From contig JAWBQF010000003.1 of assembly GCA_038845975.1 (NCBI GenBank), positions 64,001 to 128,000 on the forward strand: a DNA stretch of 64,000 bases. Reading direction: 5' to 3'. Each line of letters opens with the position of its first letter. Position 1 is the stretch's first letter. This DNA is from Candidatus Methanomethylicia archaeon (GTDB lineage: Archaea; Thermoproteota; Methanomethylicia; CALHIW01). The notes beneath the pieces are model-generated. The model had not been told where the DNA came from and ran no database searches. It saw only the letters and a program-made list of their open reading frames with translations. The position numbers and the translations under genes were made by a program. Shown here piece after piece: positions 22,048-33,141 of the stretch.

Positions 22048-22800
22048 ATGTCCTTTAAAAATTATGTTGAGAAGTTACAGCTTGAACAGCTTTTTCAAAG
22101 GCTATGTGTTTCTAATCCCGCATTATTAATAAAGGAGGTTAAACATTTCACAAATAAGGAAGCTGAAGATAGAGATAGAATTGTCTTGAATTATTTTGGA
22201 GAAAATGGAGTAAATCAAATAGTTAATACTATTTACGATTTCTTGTTTACATCACCAAGAATTTCTGTAAATGCTAAAGTGTTGGATATCGGTGCTGGTA
22301 CTGGTTTTTTCACGGTTAAACTATATAGTAAACTATGTGAAGAATTACCAGGGGTTCGTTTTTATGCTATGGATGCAACTCCAGCAATGCTCATATCATT
22401 AGAAAAGAAGAATACTGGAATAATACCATTTCTAGGCGTAGCGGAAAACATTAAGGGCAGTGTAAAAGAAGCAAGAAAATACTTTAAAATTCCAAGCAAA
22501 TTTGACATAGCTTTTTCAACGCTGATGCTTCACCATGTTGCTGAACCAGAAAAAGTTTTCAAAAGTATTAAAGAAATTCTGAAAAGTAGAGGTAAAGCCA
22601 TCGTTATAGATCTTTGTAAACACAATTTTGAAGAGTTTAAAACAGAAATGGGTGATATCCATCTAGGTTTCGACCTAGAAAGAATCAACGAGATGGCTTC
22701 TAAACATTTTTCAAGAATTAAAATTGAAAAGATTGCTAATATTCGCTGCGAATGCTCAAGCCGCTCCGCAGAAATATTTGCTGTTTCCCTGTGGAAATGA
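22048..22800 (+). CDS. Class I SAM-dependent methyltransferase
   Basis: VLDIGAGTG, FDIAFSTLMLHHV and LKSRG. Confidence 0.9.
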   Translation: MSFKNYVEKLQLEQLFQRLCVSNPALLIKEVKHFTNKEAEDRDRIVLNYFGENGVNQIVNTIYDFLFTSPRISVNAKVLDIGAGTGFFTVKLYSKLCEELPGVRFYAMDATPAMLISLEKKNTGIIPFLGVAENIKGSVKEARKYFKIPSKFDIAFSTLMLHHVAEPEKVFKSIKEILKSRGKAIVIDLCKHNFEEFKTEMGDIHLGFDLERINEMASKHFSRIKIEKIANIRCECSSRSAEIFAVSLWK

Positions 22801-23834
22801 TTGATAACCAGTAAAATAACATTATATAATATGGGAGTATAAAGCATACAGTTCGTCAAGTATATAGTAAATTACAGATAGAAGCTTATAGGTAAAGAAA
22901 GAGTTTATAGAAAAGCTGATTTGAGGACTCGCAGCTGTTCATAGGAGGTAGACTGATAGAATACAGGAAGTGTTGCTCAGTGATGGATGGAGATGTCGCA
23001 GTAGTTTTGAGCCTTCAAATGTAGGGGCTGAACCTCCTTGAAAGCCCTTGATGAATTCGTAGAGAGGAAATAATTGAGTGGAGGTGAAAGTATATATATT
23101 TCCATCTAACCCAGAACCAGTAGCCTATATTGCTTAGCCATTATGTTTATATGCTCCTAAACATGGAAATGAAATTGATAAATTAAGATCATAGTTTAAA
23201 GGAGATAAGACATGGTCAATAATTATATATGGTAGAGAACTGAATAGATAAAGCTAGGTCTCCTTCCATATAGATATGCAAGTCTTTTCCTCAATAAATA
23301 CTTCCCAAAAGATAAAGTTAGAGGTATGCTATTCTTGGAGGGGCTCTATACCTATCTCTACAGATCAGAATCCGCCTTAATCGAAAACAGAAGCTTAAAT
23401 AATAAGTAACCTCCCCACTCTTTTAGAAGTCCTACGTAATTCTAAGTCAGAAAACTAGAGAGCTTCTTAAATACATGACTATACTTCAAGCAATAGAACT
23501 ATAAGTTCAAACGATCTTCCTAAGTATTTATAAATCTTAAAAGTCAAAACCCACACAATAAAGTATTAATTAAAAGTGGACTTAATACTAATGCTAGAAT
23601 TACTACTAACATTAATACAATAAGCTTACTTGTTCTCTATATCCTCTAGATATAAATATTATTAGAGTGATTTTACTCCTAGATACTATTAAGAATAATG
23701 CGAATACATTAGATTCCTCAATAACCTCACATATTCTAGTAATTTTAGTAACTAAAATATCGAATCATCTTAGTTGCTATATGTTTCTAATAGAAAAGCT
23801 TTAAATACAGTAAATAATAAATGAAGGTGGTAAG

Positions 23835-23981
23835 ATGAAAAAGCTATCGAAAAACCAAATATTAACATCAGTTTCAATTATTATACTGCTCTTTACAGCA
23901 ATTATTAACTGGAACATTTACTCATGGCTGATTTTAATCGCTATAATCCTGATATTGATTGCATGGTATCTTCAAAAATGA
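23835..23981 (+). CDS. 48-aa two-TM membrane peptide (below ORF-track cutoff)
   Basis: MKKLSKNQILTSVSIIILLFTAIINWNIYSWLILIAIILILIAWYLQK; GAAAAGCTTTAAATA promoter and AGGTGG RBS upstream. Confidence 0.65.
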   Translation: MKKLSKNQILTSVSIIILLFTAIINWNIYSWLILIAIILILIAWYLQK

Positions 23982-24102
23982 AATTTAGCTACTATGTATT
24001 TTCCAATACTAAGTTTATAGAATTATTAGAATTTAAGTAACTAGCCGTAGCTTTTAAATATCTTAGATGGTCTCCATTACTAAGTTATAGCTTAATAAAT
24101 CA

Positions 24103-24412
24103 AGATGTGGCAACTTAAGTTCACCTTTAGGTGGTTGTAGTATAATGATAGTTTATTAATAGGTTCAGTATTCAATTTTCTCTTATCTAGGATTTTGTAT
24201 TGGGTTAAGGTTATGCTGAGAATACTCTTATTCTCTGAATGATGATATCTTATCTACTATAAACCCATGAGCCTCAAGTAATACTTTACTTCTCAAACTA
24301 GACATCTAATATGAATACTATATCAGAATCTTAACCTCCAACAAGACCAAACCCTAATACTAACATAACAATAAACAGTAGAGTTTACATAACTTATTAA
24401 GTTGCCATGTCC
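24103..24412. mobile_element. ~310-bp non-autonomous element, second TIR family (GGACATGGCAACTT)
   Basis: AGATGTGGCAACTTAA / TTAAGTTGCCATGTCC; 9-bp near-duplication AATAAATCA/AATAAAGCA; end shared with 46511. Confidence 0.65.
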
Positions 24413-24743
24413 AATAAAGCATATGATTAACTTTATATGATGGCTTCCTCAATCCTTCTAGTTTCTTCCTCTCAGCCACGTCTTATAAATTCCTCTATTT
24501 CACGTTTATTATATGGATTCCTACATGTATTCTCAAGAGTCTCATTTATTCAATATGCCAGCGAGGTCAAGGTAGACAAGAACTCCTCCTATAGAGCTGC
24601 TTAACTTTTAAACCTCCTAGAAGTACCCATATCGTTAAGAATTGTTAAGAGGCAGTTCTACTCATCAAGAAGCTTCACTTATATCGATCTATAAATTTTT
24701 CTATATCTAGTTGGATTGCTATATTATTGAATGATCTATTATT

Positions 24744-24968
24744 TTATTCATGTAAGTTTCCTTGATTTTGTCTCTTCGGTTTAGGTATAACTATATATGT
24801 TATTATGCTTGCTATGATGTTTGCTAGAACGATGATTACGTATACTTCCTGCATATTCATTCCTGATAGATTTAAACCTATCATCTTCCCCCATACAATC
24901 ATGGCTGAAACTATAAATGAATTGAAAAGCTTCTCAAAAACCCACTTAGCAAATCTATATCTAATCAT
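24744..24968 (-). CDS. Small two-TM hypothetical membrane protein
   Basis: Two hydrophobic segments; TTTATAAG box ~25 nt upstream. Confidence 0.5.
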   Translation of the reverse strand: MIRYRFAKWVFEKLFNSFIVSAMIVWGKMIGLNLSGMNMQEVYVIIVLANIIASIITYIVIPKPKRQNQGNLHE

Positions 24969-25044
24969 AAGATTATCTAAAAATTAAGCTTATAAACCTC
25001 TAGTAGTTTTAACAATTCCCTAAATGATCCTATATTGTTAGTAA

Positions 25045-25549
25045 CACTTTGTGAGCTTTAGCTTTATTTAAGTCTCCATTTACTTATGGTGAGGCTATGT
25101 CTAAAATTGTTAGGATTACTATGATTGATGATGCTATTACGAGTGTTAGTTCTAGGGTTAGGATTATGTATATTACTTGTTATTGAGGATATTATAGTAT
25201 GATTTGATATTGTGAATACGTTTACATCTTTATTATTTATTAGGGAGGCTATTTATGGATCTAAAATAATTAGGTTAAGTGATATCTCAATATCATAGGG
25301 CTACATGTAAAATACTATAAGCATCAAATATATTTTACGAGGTCTAAATAGAGAGAATCATAAAGTTAAGAATAAATAAGCTATTTGATAACTATATATG
25401 AGGGAAAACGCAATGATGAACAGCATTCATGCTTATGAAGTCAACTGCTTCATACTAAACAAACATGGATAAGGAAGATAAAAGCTAAGAATTCATAGAA
25501 ACATAATACTAAAATAGAGAGAATCAAACATGCTTAAGTTCACAAAATT
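25045..25549 (+). mobile_element. Older, internally deleted IS6 copy E
   Basis: Degenerate TIRs; 3' part (CATACTAAACAAACATGGATAAGGAAGATAAAAGCTAAGAATTC) near-identical to copies B and D. Confidence 0.8.
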
Positions 25550-25792
25550 TCTAAATTTCTACCTTACAAATATAAGTAAATTGAAATATTAAATTATGGA
25601 TAGAATCATTAGGATGATGGTTGAAGATTGTTATGATGATATAAATGGAAAATGTATGCTCCACCTCCATTTTAAACTTAGGAGGAAATATTACAGCATT
25701 TTTATTTAGCTTATTCGTTTTTATAGTTTTATAATTTATGCTTACAGGTTTTCTAGACGTTAGGTTTAAATAGTATGGTTTAGTCTTGATAT

Positions 25793-26743
25793 GTGAGTTT
25801 AGAGTTTAAGTGTGGTAGGTGTAGTGCCCCATTAACATATACACCTGAATCCATATTTTCGGTTTGTGATTATTGTGGTTACGTTAACTGGTTTAATGAA
25901 GAAGCTAAGGTAAAAATACTTGTTGCTCCTTCAAAGCCTAGAGAAGACATTATTAACGGTTTCTGGAGTAGGATGAGGATGGATAAGGATATGAGTAAAT
26001 ATGTAAGTATGATTAGTATTGAAGATGTTTACGGGGTTTATGTTCCGCTTTACATTTCAACAGTTAATGTAGATGTTGAATGGATTGGTTATAGGGTTGA
26101 AGCAAGGAGGAGTGGAAGAAATGTAACAACTAGTAAGGTTACGAGGAGGGGTAGGTTTAATACTGATATTAGACATGTTTATCATGCTAGAAGACATGTT
26201 GAAGAGTTTGGTTTAGATGAGCTTTGTGAGAGAGCTAAGGGTTTTAATGATTATGTAGCTTTAGATTCTTTAAGATGGGATGATGTTAAGCTTCAGGTTT
26301 TAAATGTTGAATACTCTATAAATGAAGTTTTAAATATTATTAGGGATGATGTTGAAGACCATGTTAGGGATGATGTTAAGATGAGGGAGCGGCTTCACGG
26401 CTTCTACTATTACTCCTGTAAAACTGATGTTAGAGATGTTAAGCTTGTATTAGCTCCACTATGGATTATTACATATAGGTTTAGAGGAGGAGTATTTAAG
26501 GTAGCGGTTTCAGGTTTCGATGTATCGATATTGAAGGCAAGTGAACCAGTATTTCTACATCAAAGACTAATATATATTATAGCTTCAATAATAGCAGCTA
26601 TTACAGGATCCCTATTAATGATTATTACTGCTAGCGGGTTTTTTGAAGTTAGCTTATGGATTCCTATTTTCTTCCTAGTCATAATCCTTACTGGAGCTGG
26701 ATTAGCAGCTAAAAGTATTAGTGATGTTAGGGAGGAGAAGTAA
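25793..26743 (+). CDS. Zn-ribbon protein with C-terminal TM helices (YdjG-like), paralog 1
   Basis: CGRCSAPL...CDYCG; GVYVPLY; LVLAPLWIITY; two C-terminal TMs. Confidence 0.6.
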   Translation: MSLEFKCGRCSAPLTYTPESIFSVCDYCGYVNWFNEEAKVKILVAPSKPREDIINGFWSRMRMDKDMSKYVSMISIEDVYGVYVPLYISTVNVDVEWIGYRVEARRSGRNVTTSKVTRRGRFNTDIRHVYHARRHVEEFGLDELCERAKGFNDYVALDSLRWDDVKLQVLNVEYSINEVLNIIRDDVEDHVRDDVKMRERLHGFYYYSCKTDVRDVKLVLAPLWIITYRFRGGVFKVAVSGFDVSILKASEPVFLHQRLIYIIASIIAAITGSLLMIITASGFFEVSLWIPIFFLVIILTGAGLAAKSISDVREEK

Positions 26744-27726
26744 TGGGTCTTAAAAGTTTCGAATGTCCACACTGTAACGCATCCTTCCCTGCACCTAGTA
26801 CTATTTCAATTCTTACATGTCCATACTGTGGCTACACGTTTGAAGCTTCAAGTAGGAGGGAATGGAGTCACTTCTTCTTCCCAATACTTCTTGATGTTGG
26901 ATATGCATGGAGGAGAGGGTATCAGTTCATATCTAGAAGATATGGTGTTCCAAGCGATTTTAACACATCATTTCTAACATCATCATTACTACATAATGTT
27001 CCATTTCATATCTTCTACTGTGAAGCTAAGGCTGAGTGTAGGTATTCTAGGGGATTCATATTTAGGGATGAGAAGATAGCGGAATATACTGAAGCTATGG
27101 ATATATGTATTCCAGCAGTTTCAGTAGGGGAATGGATTGATAGGCTTCTCTGGAATCATACGTTTTCGGTTAAGAGTAGAATATATTTTAAGCCTGAAAT
27201 TATGAGGATAGGTAAATTCTATAATCCAACCTTAAGCTATGATGAAGCCTTAAAGTATGCTAGTGAAAGAATTTCTAGAGCTGTTATAGATGAAGCTGGA
27301 AAGAGCTGTAGTGGAGATAAGAAAATTATAGATGTTAAAGTTAAGTATTATGGACTTATCCACTATCCATTCTGGGAGTTAAAATATAGCTATAAAGGTG
27401 AATATTTCAACATGCTTATCGACGCATCTAGTGGAAGAATAATCTATGTAGAGTATCCTCTAAGTAGAACTGCAAGAACATTAATGCTCACCGCCTCAAC
27501 TATAATAGTTACTTCAACAGTAATTATTAGTGGACTTACTGGATTAGCTCTGGGAAGAATAGCTTTAGGATTAGTATCAGGAATTATAAGCTCAATCATA
27601 GCATCATCCCCAATAATTATAAAAGCATTAAGACTTAAAACAAGAGGATCTGAAGAAATCGGTAGAGAGGAAAAATATAGCTATAAGAATCTAGCAGATC
27701 TTGTGGGGAAGATTTTAAGAGTTTAA
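26743..27726 (+). CDS. Zn-ribbon protein with C-terminal TM helices (YdjG-like), paralog 2
   Basis: CPHCNASF...CPYCG; LIHYPFWELKYSYKGE..IDASSG; overlapping stop/start with paralog 1. Confidence 0.6.
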   Translation: MGLKSFECPHCNASFPAPSTISILTCPYCGYTFEASSRREWSHFFFPILLDVGYAWRRGYQFISRRYGVPSDFNTSFLTSSLLHNVPFHIFYCEAKAECRYSRGFIFRDEKIAEYTEAMDICIPAVSVGEWIDRLLWNHTFSVKSRIYFKPEIMRIGKFYNPTLSYDEALKYASERISRAVIDEAGKSCSGDKKIIDVKVKYYGLIHYPFWELKYSYKGEYFNMLIDASSGRIIYVEYPLSRTARTLMLTASTIIVTSTVIISGLTGLALGRIALGLVSGIISSIIASSPIIIKALRLKTRGSEEIGREEKYSYKNLADLVGKILRV

Positions 27727-27845
27727 GTTTACATGACCTCGCCAAGTCAAGCATCCCGCCTTAATGTTAATACCTTAGATATCCTACTTAATAGGATGCT
27801 ATTATTATGTGGAAATATTTAAATTAATCTACATGTTTCAATATT

Positions 27846-28889
27846 ATGCCTACTCCACCGTTTCTCGTTTCATACTCTATTACTAGGAAATGTAATCTTA
27901 AATGTAAACATTGTTATAGTGATGCTACAGAGGAATTTGCATCAGATGAGCTATCCACAATGGAGGCAAAGAAGCTTCTAGACGATATTGTAAGTTTGGG
28001 TGTAAGGCTCCTAATCTTAGATGGAGGTGAGCCTCTCTGTAGGGATGACTTCTACGAGGTTGCTGGATATGCTTCAAGTAGAGGTATTAGAGTTGTTGTT
28101 GGAAGTAATGGAACACTTATAGATGAGAATACTGCTAGAAGAATGGTAAGTGTAGGTGTGGGGTGTGTAGCAATATCCCTAGATGGAGCTAATCCTGAAA
28201 CCCATGACTCCTTTAGAGGTGAAAAAGACGCATTCAGTAAAGCTATTGAGGGGGTTAAGGCATGTAGGAAGGCTGGATTACCATTCCAGTTCAATATTGT
28301 AGCTAGGAAGCCTGTAATCGATGAGTTGCCCGATATTTTAAAGCTAGCTCTAAACTATGGAGCTGAAGCTATTGAAATCTTCGATTTAATCCAGGTTTCA
28401 AGAGTTAAAAATAGATGTTACGATGAAGTTTTAAGCATAAATGAAAGGAGAAGAATAATGGAATGGCTTGCTGAAACACAGAGGAATTATCCAATCATAA
28501 TTAGGACGCCTGCATGTCCAATGTATCCATTAATGCTTAAGGAGAGAAACATTCTTCCTAAATATTTCCCCCATCAAGCCCTAAGAAGAATACCATACTA
28601 TGATCGTGGATGTGCTGCAGGAATGCCTAATGGCTACATAACCATACTTTCAAACGGAGATGTTATACCATGCATGCTACTACAGGTTAAAATAGGTAAT
28701 GTAAGGATGGAGAATATCGTTAAGATATGGAATGAATCACCTATACTTTCCACTCTTAGGGCAAGAGAAAATCTACTTAAAGGTAGATGTGGTGAATGTA
28801 GATATAAGGGAATATGTGCTGGATGTCGTGGAAGAGCATTTGAAGAAACAGGAGACATTATGGCTGAAGATCCTGGATGCTGGCTATAG
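27846..28889 (+). CDS. Radical SAM/SPASM protein (AhbC/AhbD/NirJ-like)
   Basis: CNLKCKHC, GGEPL and SPASM CGECRYKGICAGCRGRA...DPGC. Confidence 0.85.
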   Translation: MPTPPFLVSYSITRKCNLKCKHCYSDATEEFASDELSTMEAKKLLDDIVSLGVRLLILDGGEPLCRDDFYEVAGYASSRGIRVVVGSNGTLIDENTARRMVSVGVGCVAISLDGANPETHDSFRGEKDAFSKAIEGVKACRKAGLPFQFNIVARKPVIDELPDILKLALNYGAEAIEIFDLIQVSRVKNRCYDEVLSINERRRIMEWLAETQRNYPIIIRTPACPMYPLMLKERNILPKYFPHQALRRIPYYDRGCAAGMPNGYITILSNGDVIPCMLLQVKIGNVRMENIVKIWNESPILSTLRARENLLKGRCGECRYKGICAGCRGRAFEETGDIMAEDPGCWL

Positions 28890-29050
28890 AATGTTTAAAT
28901 AGCTATATGTTCTTGTATTCTAGTGAATGATAGCCTACTTATAGTAACTTAATCTACGTGGTGCTATTATAAGTCTGATGAGAAACCAGTCAATTAATTT
29001 ATAATAGTAGGTAAAGACTGAAATACATCATTCATAGGAGACAAACATAG

Positions 29051-29572
29051 CTATATTTTTACTTTAGCTAGAATTTTAATCCATATTGTTGCTGCTAAGT
29101 ATCCGCCAATTATCCCCTGAATTAAACCCACTATAAATATTAAAGCTATAACTATTGTAGGTATTGGTAATCCTATCATTATCGTAATTAAAATACCTAA
29201 AAGCCCAACTACTATGCTAGCAATCCCGGCAGTAATAGCTAATCTACCCTTATTAACATTAAAATCAGCTTTTACCCTAAAAACCTTAGACAATATACTT
29301 ATCAGAAGTCCGTAGAGTAAAGCTAGAGTAATCGTAAATGGTGCAAGTCCACTTCTCATAGAGGCCAGGAGCCCAGAAACCAAACCTATAGCTATAGGTC
29401 CTGAAAACCCTACAATTATAAAGCCTAAGCATAGAAGAAGACTTTCAATAAGTATTGTGAAAAACTTATCGTAAGGAGGAGGTATAAAGGCCTTCTCAAT
29501 AAATATTATTAAGCTAAATAATGCAATAATAGCTACATCCCTAGCTCGACGATTAGTAAGCATAACTAACAA
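29051..29572 (-). CDS. Integral membrane protein, possibly an ECF-transporter S component
   Basis: ~6 TM helices, 173 aa, N-terminal RDVAIIALF. Confidence 0.5.
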   Translation of the reverse strand: MLVMLTNRRARDVAIIALFSLIIFIEKAFIPPPYDKFFTILIESLLLCLGFIIVGFSGPIAIGLVSGLLASMRSGLAPFTITLALLYGLLISILSKVFRVKADFNVNKGRLAITAGIASIVVGLLGILITIMIGLPIPTIVIALIFIVGLIQGIIGGYLAATIWIKILAKVKI

Positions 29573-30442
29573 AATAACTTAAATATTTAAGTTTTACATC
29601 TTATAGAAACATTCCATAAATTTAGCTATATTAATTCTGGATAATCATTGATTATGGAAGAATTGGAAATTTGACTGTTAAGATAGATAAATGTAAGAAG
29701 GATATTAGTGTAGATCATCTTGTAAATAATCCTCTAAGCTTTTAAGTCTAGTAACTGATTATTTGGAATATGTGCTAAAGTTAAGCTGAGAACTTACATA
29801 GCTGTAAGAGAATACATATTAAACTTATTTAATATCGGTTAGTACTCAAGAGAAAGTTTTCTATAAGCCTCCTCATATTCCAGTTTTACAGGCTTAAACA
29901 TGTCTAATCCCTTATTTTGTACTATGTATCTACGATTCTTAACATTACCTTAAGATAGCATTAACAACTATGTAGTTCTAGCGTATTTAGATGAGGAGAT
30001 TCATAGATAAGCTAAACTAGAAGCTATCATTGAAGCATATTATGTAGTTGAACTCCATATTAACTTATGGCTATCAACGTTTCAGAATAGCTAAATTTAA
30101 TAGAGTCAAGCTAATAGATATGTTCCGCTGAATATATGTTCATGTTAGAGATTTTGATCTATACTAGTTTTGGACTACATTTAGGATTGTTAAAATACGT
30201 TCTAAAAGGTAATAGGAGGAAGAGCAGTAATAGAAATAGTCTACATCCGCCAGCCAACTATTAAGCATTCTTCAATCATATCTGAATTGCTAAGGGGAGA
30301 ATTCTCCTAAGCCCTTAGGATAATTGAAGATTTTACAAAATAGATATCCCTAACTTTAGTTGTGGGATGCTGGATCATATGGAGGAGGATCTAAATAGAT
30401 GTTAATAGTAATGCTTAAATATGTTACTTATATTAGGTATTC

Positions 30443-31186
30443 ATGTCGTTGCTTGTTGTTAATGATCTTCATGTAAATGTTAATGGTAGGAATGTATTGA
30501 AAGGTGTAAATATAAGTATTGGTCCTGGTGAAGTTCATGTACTTCTAGGCCCCAATGGCTCCGGTAAAACTACTCTTGTTAATGCTATCATAGGGAATCC
30601 TAAAGTTAAAGTCATTAGGGGGAAAATATACTTTAAGGGTAGGGATATAACAGATACGTCGATGTATGAAAGAGTAAGAATGGGAATTGGAGTTTCCTTC
30701 CAGCATCCACCGAGAATTAAGGGTGTAAAGCTTAGAGATCTACTTTTAAATATGGCTTCTAAGCTTGGCAGGGAGGTTAATATTGAGAGAGTTTCCTCTC
30801 TTGTTAAGATGAGAGATCTTATTGACCGTGATGTTAATGTTGGTTTTTCAGGTGGTGAACTTAAAAGATCCGAAATTCTACAGTTACTAATTCAATCCCC
30901 TGAGCTTGTACTACTTGATGAGCCTGACTCCGGTGTTGATGTTGAGAACCTCATAGTTATAGCAAATGCAATTAATGAAATGTGTGGGTTAAACATTAAG
31001 CCAAGTATGAGAAGTAAATCAGCTCTACTTATAACTCATCTAGGATACATATTAAATTATGTTAAGGCTGACCGTGCACATGTATTAGTGAATGGTAGAA
31101 TAGCATGTTCAGGTAAGCCTAATGAAATATTGGAGCAAATAGCTAAACATGGCTTTGAGAAATGTGCTGAATGCTTAGTGAAATAA
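30443..31186 (+). CDS. sufC: Fe-S assembly ATPase SufC/SmsC
   Basis: GPNGSGKT, FSGGELKR, LLDEPDSGVD and C-terminal CxxC. Confidence 0.92.
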   Translation: MSLLVVNDLHVNVNGRNVLKGVNISIGPGEVHVLLGPNGSGKTTLVNAIIGNPKVKVIRGKIYFKGRDITDTSMYERVRMGIGVSFQHPPRIKGVKLRDLLLNMASKLGREVNIERVSSLVKMRDLIDRDVNVGFSGGELKRSEILQLLIQSPELVLLDEPDSGVDVENLIVIANAINEMCGLNIKPSMRSKSALLITHLGYILNYVKADRAHVLVNGRIACSGKPNEILEQIAKHGFEKCAECLVK

Positions 31187-31288
31187 ATCATGTGAACACT
31201 AATAAAGTATATCTATCAATATTTCAATAAATCCATTTTGGAAATGACTAAGGTAATTGTAGATTATAACACTTATTACATAACAAGC

Positions 31289-31878
31289 ATCTTATGAACT
31301 TTAGCTTTATTTAAGTTTTTCACTTTATTCATGGTGAAGCTATAGCTAAAGCTATTAGGTTTACTAGGAAGAGTTTCATTCATATTGGTTGTTTATAATG
31401 CTTATATATTTGTTATCTAGAAATGACTTATTATAGAGTTATACATCCATATCGTCCTAGTTCATCTTAAGTTTTCTATTTGAGCTTGATAAGAGGAATA
31501 TTAGAATTAATAGTTAATGATACTACTACTAGATTCTAGAGTGAAGTTGTATGCTATCTTAGTCTCTATCAAGAAAGGTGTTCACACAAGTTTGTGAGTT
31601 TAACTGATGGAGCACTATAGAGAAACATACAGAATACTAAACTTAAAGCATGAAGTATATAGTTTAGAGATTAGAAACCTAATGAGGCAAGTCATACAGT
31701 ATGTTAAAGATAGAACTAGGCTATTTGGTAATTATTGAAGAGAAATGTGATGGTGAGCATAAATATGTATCCATGAAGTTAATAGTGTGACTAAACGAAA
31801 CATTGATTAATGAGAAGATAAAATGGGAATTCATGGAAACAATATCAAAAATGATTAAATATGTTTAGATTCATAACC
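31289..31878 (+). mobile_element. Heavily degraded IS6 copy F between sufC and sufB
   Basis: Recognisable segments GAAGTATATAGTTTAGAGATTAGAAACC and CAGTATGTTAAAGATAGAACTAG. Confidence 0.75.
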
Positions 31879-31919
31879 TGTAACGTTATATTTTTATGTA
31901 AGCTATTCTTTAAGGGTTT

Positions 31920-33137
31920 ATGAGTTTAAACAAGTCTAGAAGAATTGAGGAGGTAAAAGGAAAAGCTAAGGAGGCATTAACAAAACCTCCAAGTATTGGT
32001 CCTGATATTGATGTTTCAAAGTTTAAGTTTGAATCTAAACCCCTAGAGCATGTTACAGATGATTTGGCTCAGCGTGCTTCAATAGTTGGTGTAGATTTGA
32101 ACGGTAGGGGTAGAGCTGGAACATATATTCAGATAGATCATTCCCCATTATTGGAGAAGTCTATGTTAAGCGATGTTGAAGTTATGAGTATAGGTAAAGC
32201 ATTAGAGGAGTATGATTGGCTTTTGGAATACTACTGGAATGCTCTAAATGTGGATACTGATAAGTTTACTGCTCTTGCAGAGCTTAAGAGGAATGAGGGC
32301 TTCTTCGTAAGGGTTAGAAGAGGAGTTAAAGTTGAGCTTCCTGTTCAGACATGTTTATACTTGAGAACAAGTAAGCTATCTCAAAATCTTCACAACATAA
32401 TTCTAGTTGAGGAGGATAGTGAGCTTCATGTAGTTACTGGATGTGCATCACCTAGAGTTGCTGAAGGGCTTCATGTAGGTGTATCTGAATTCTACGTTAA
32501 GAATGGGGGGAAGTTAACGTATACTATGGTGCATGCCTGGGCTGAAGATGTTGATGTTAGACCTAGAACTGGAGTTATACTTGAGGATAATGCCTCCTTT
32601 ATAAGCATATATGTTAACCTACATCCCGTCAGAACACTACAGATGATGCCTAAGATACGTATAAATGGTGTTAATTCGAGAGTAAGTCTAATATCTGTTA
32701 TAACTGCTTCCGGTAAAAGCTACTTTGATGTTGGAGGGGAAGTATATATTAAAGGTGATTTTGGAAGAGCGGAAATAGTTTCAAAAACAATAGCTAAAGA
32801 CAATGGGAAAGCCATATCTAGAGGAGTAATAATCGGTGAGGGGAGAGGGGTTAAGGGACATTTAGAATGTAGGGGAATTATGCTTACACCATCAGCATCA
32901 ATAATAGCAATACCTCAGCTTGAAGCTAGATCAAGAGATGTCGAGTTAACACATGAAGCAGCCATAGGTAAAATTGCTGAAGATGAAATCTACTATCTAG
33001 TAGCTAGAGGATTCAGTGAGGAGGAAGCAACATCAATAATATTGAGGGGATTTATGGATATAGATATTAAGGATTTACCGCCAATACTAGTAACACAAAT
33101 TAAAAAGACACTGGACATAGTAGCAAAAACCCTTTAA
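31920..33137 (+). CDS. sufB: Fe-S scaffold SufB/SufD-family (SmsB)
   Basis: QNLHNII, VRPRT, GHLECRG, LTHEAAIGKI and YLVARG. Confidence 0.9.
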   Translation: MSLNKSRRIEEVKGKAKEALTKPPSIGPDIDVSKFKFESKPLEHVTDDLAQRASIVGVDLNGRGRAGTYIQIDHSPLLEKSMLSDVEVMSIGKALEEYDWLLEYYWNALNVDTDKFTALAELKRNEGFFVRVRRGVKVELPVQTCLYLRTSKLSQNLHNIILVEEDSELHVVTGCASPRVAEGLHVGVSEFYVKNGGKLTYTMVHAWAEDVDVRPRTGVILEDNASFISIYVNLHPVRTLQMMPKIRINGVNSRVSLISVITASGKSYFDVGGEVYIKGDFGRAEIVSKTIAKDNGKAISRGVIIGEGRGVKGHLECRGIMLTPSASIIAIPQLEARSRDVELTHEAAIGKIAEDEIYYLVARGFSEEEATSIILRGFMDIDIKDLPPILVTQIKKTLDIVAKTL

Positions 33138-33141
33138 CTAT

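Noticed and set aside
30346-30369. IS200/IS605-like end hairpin ATCCCTAACTTTAGTTGTGGGATG (similar hints near 1035-1115 and 27735-27765)
   Set aside because: Too degenerate, and no tnpA/tnpB is recognisable.
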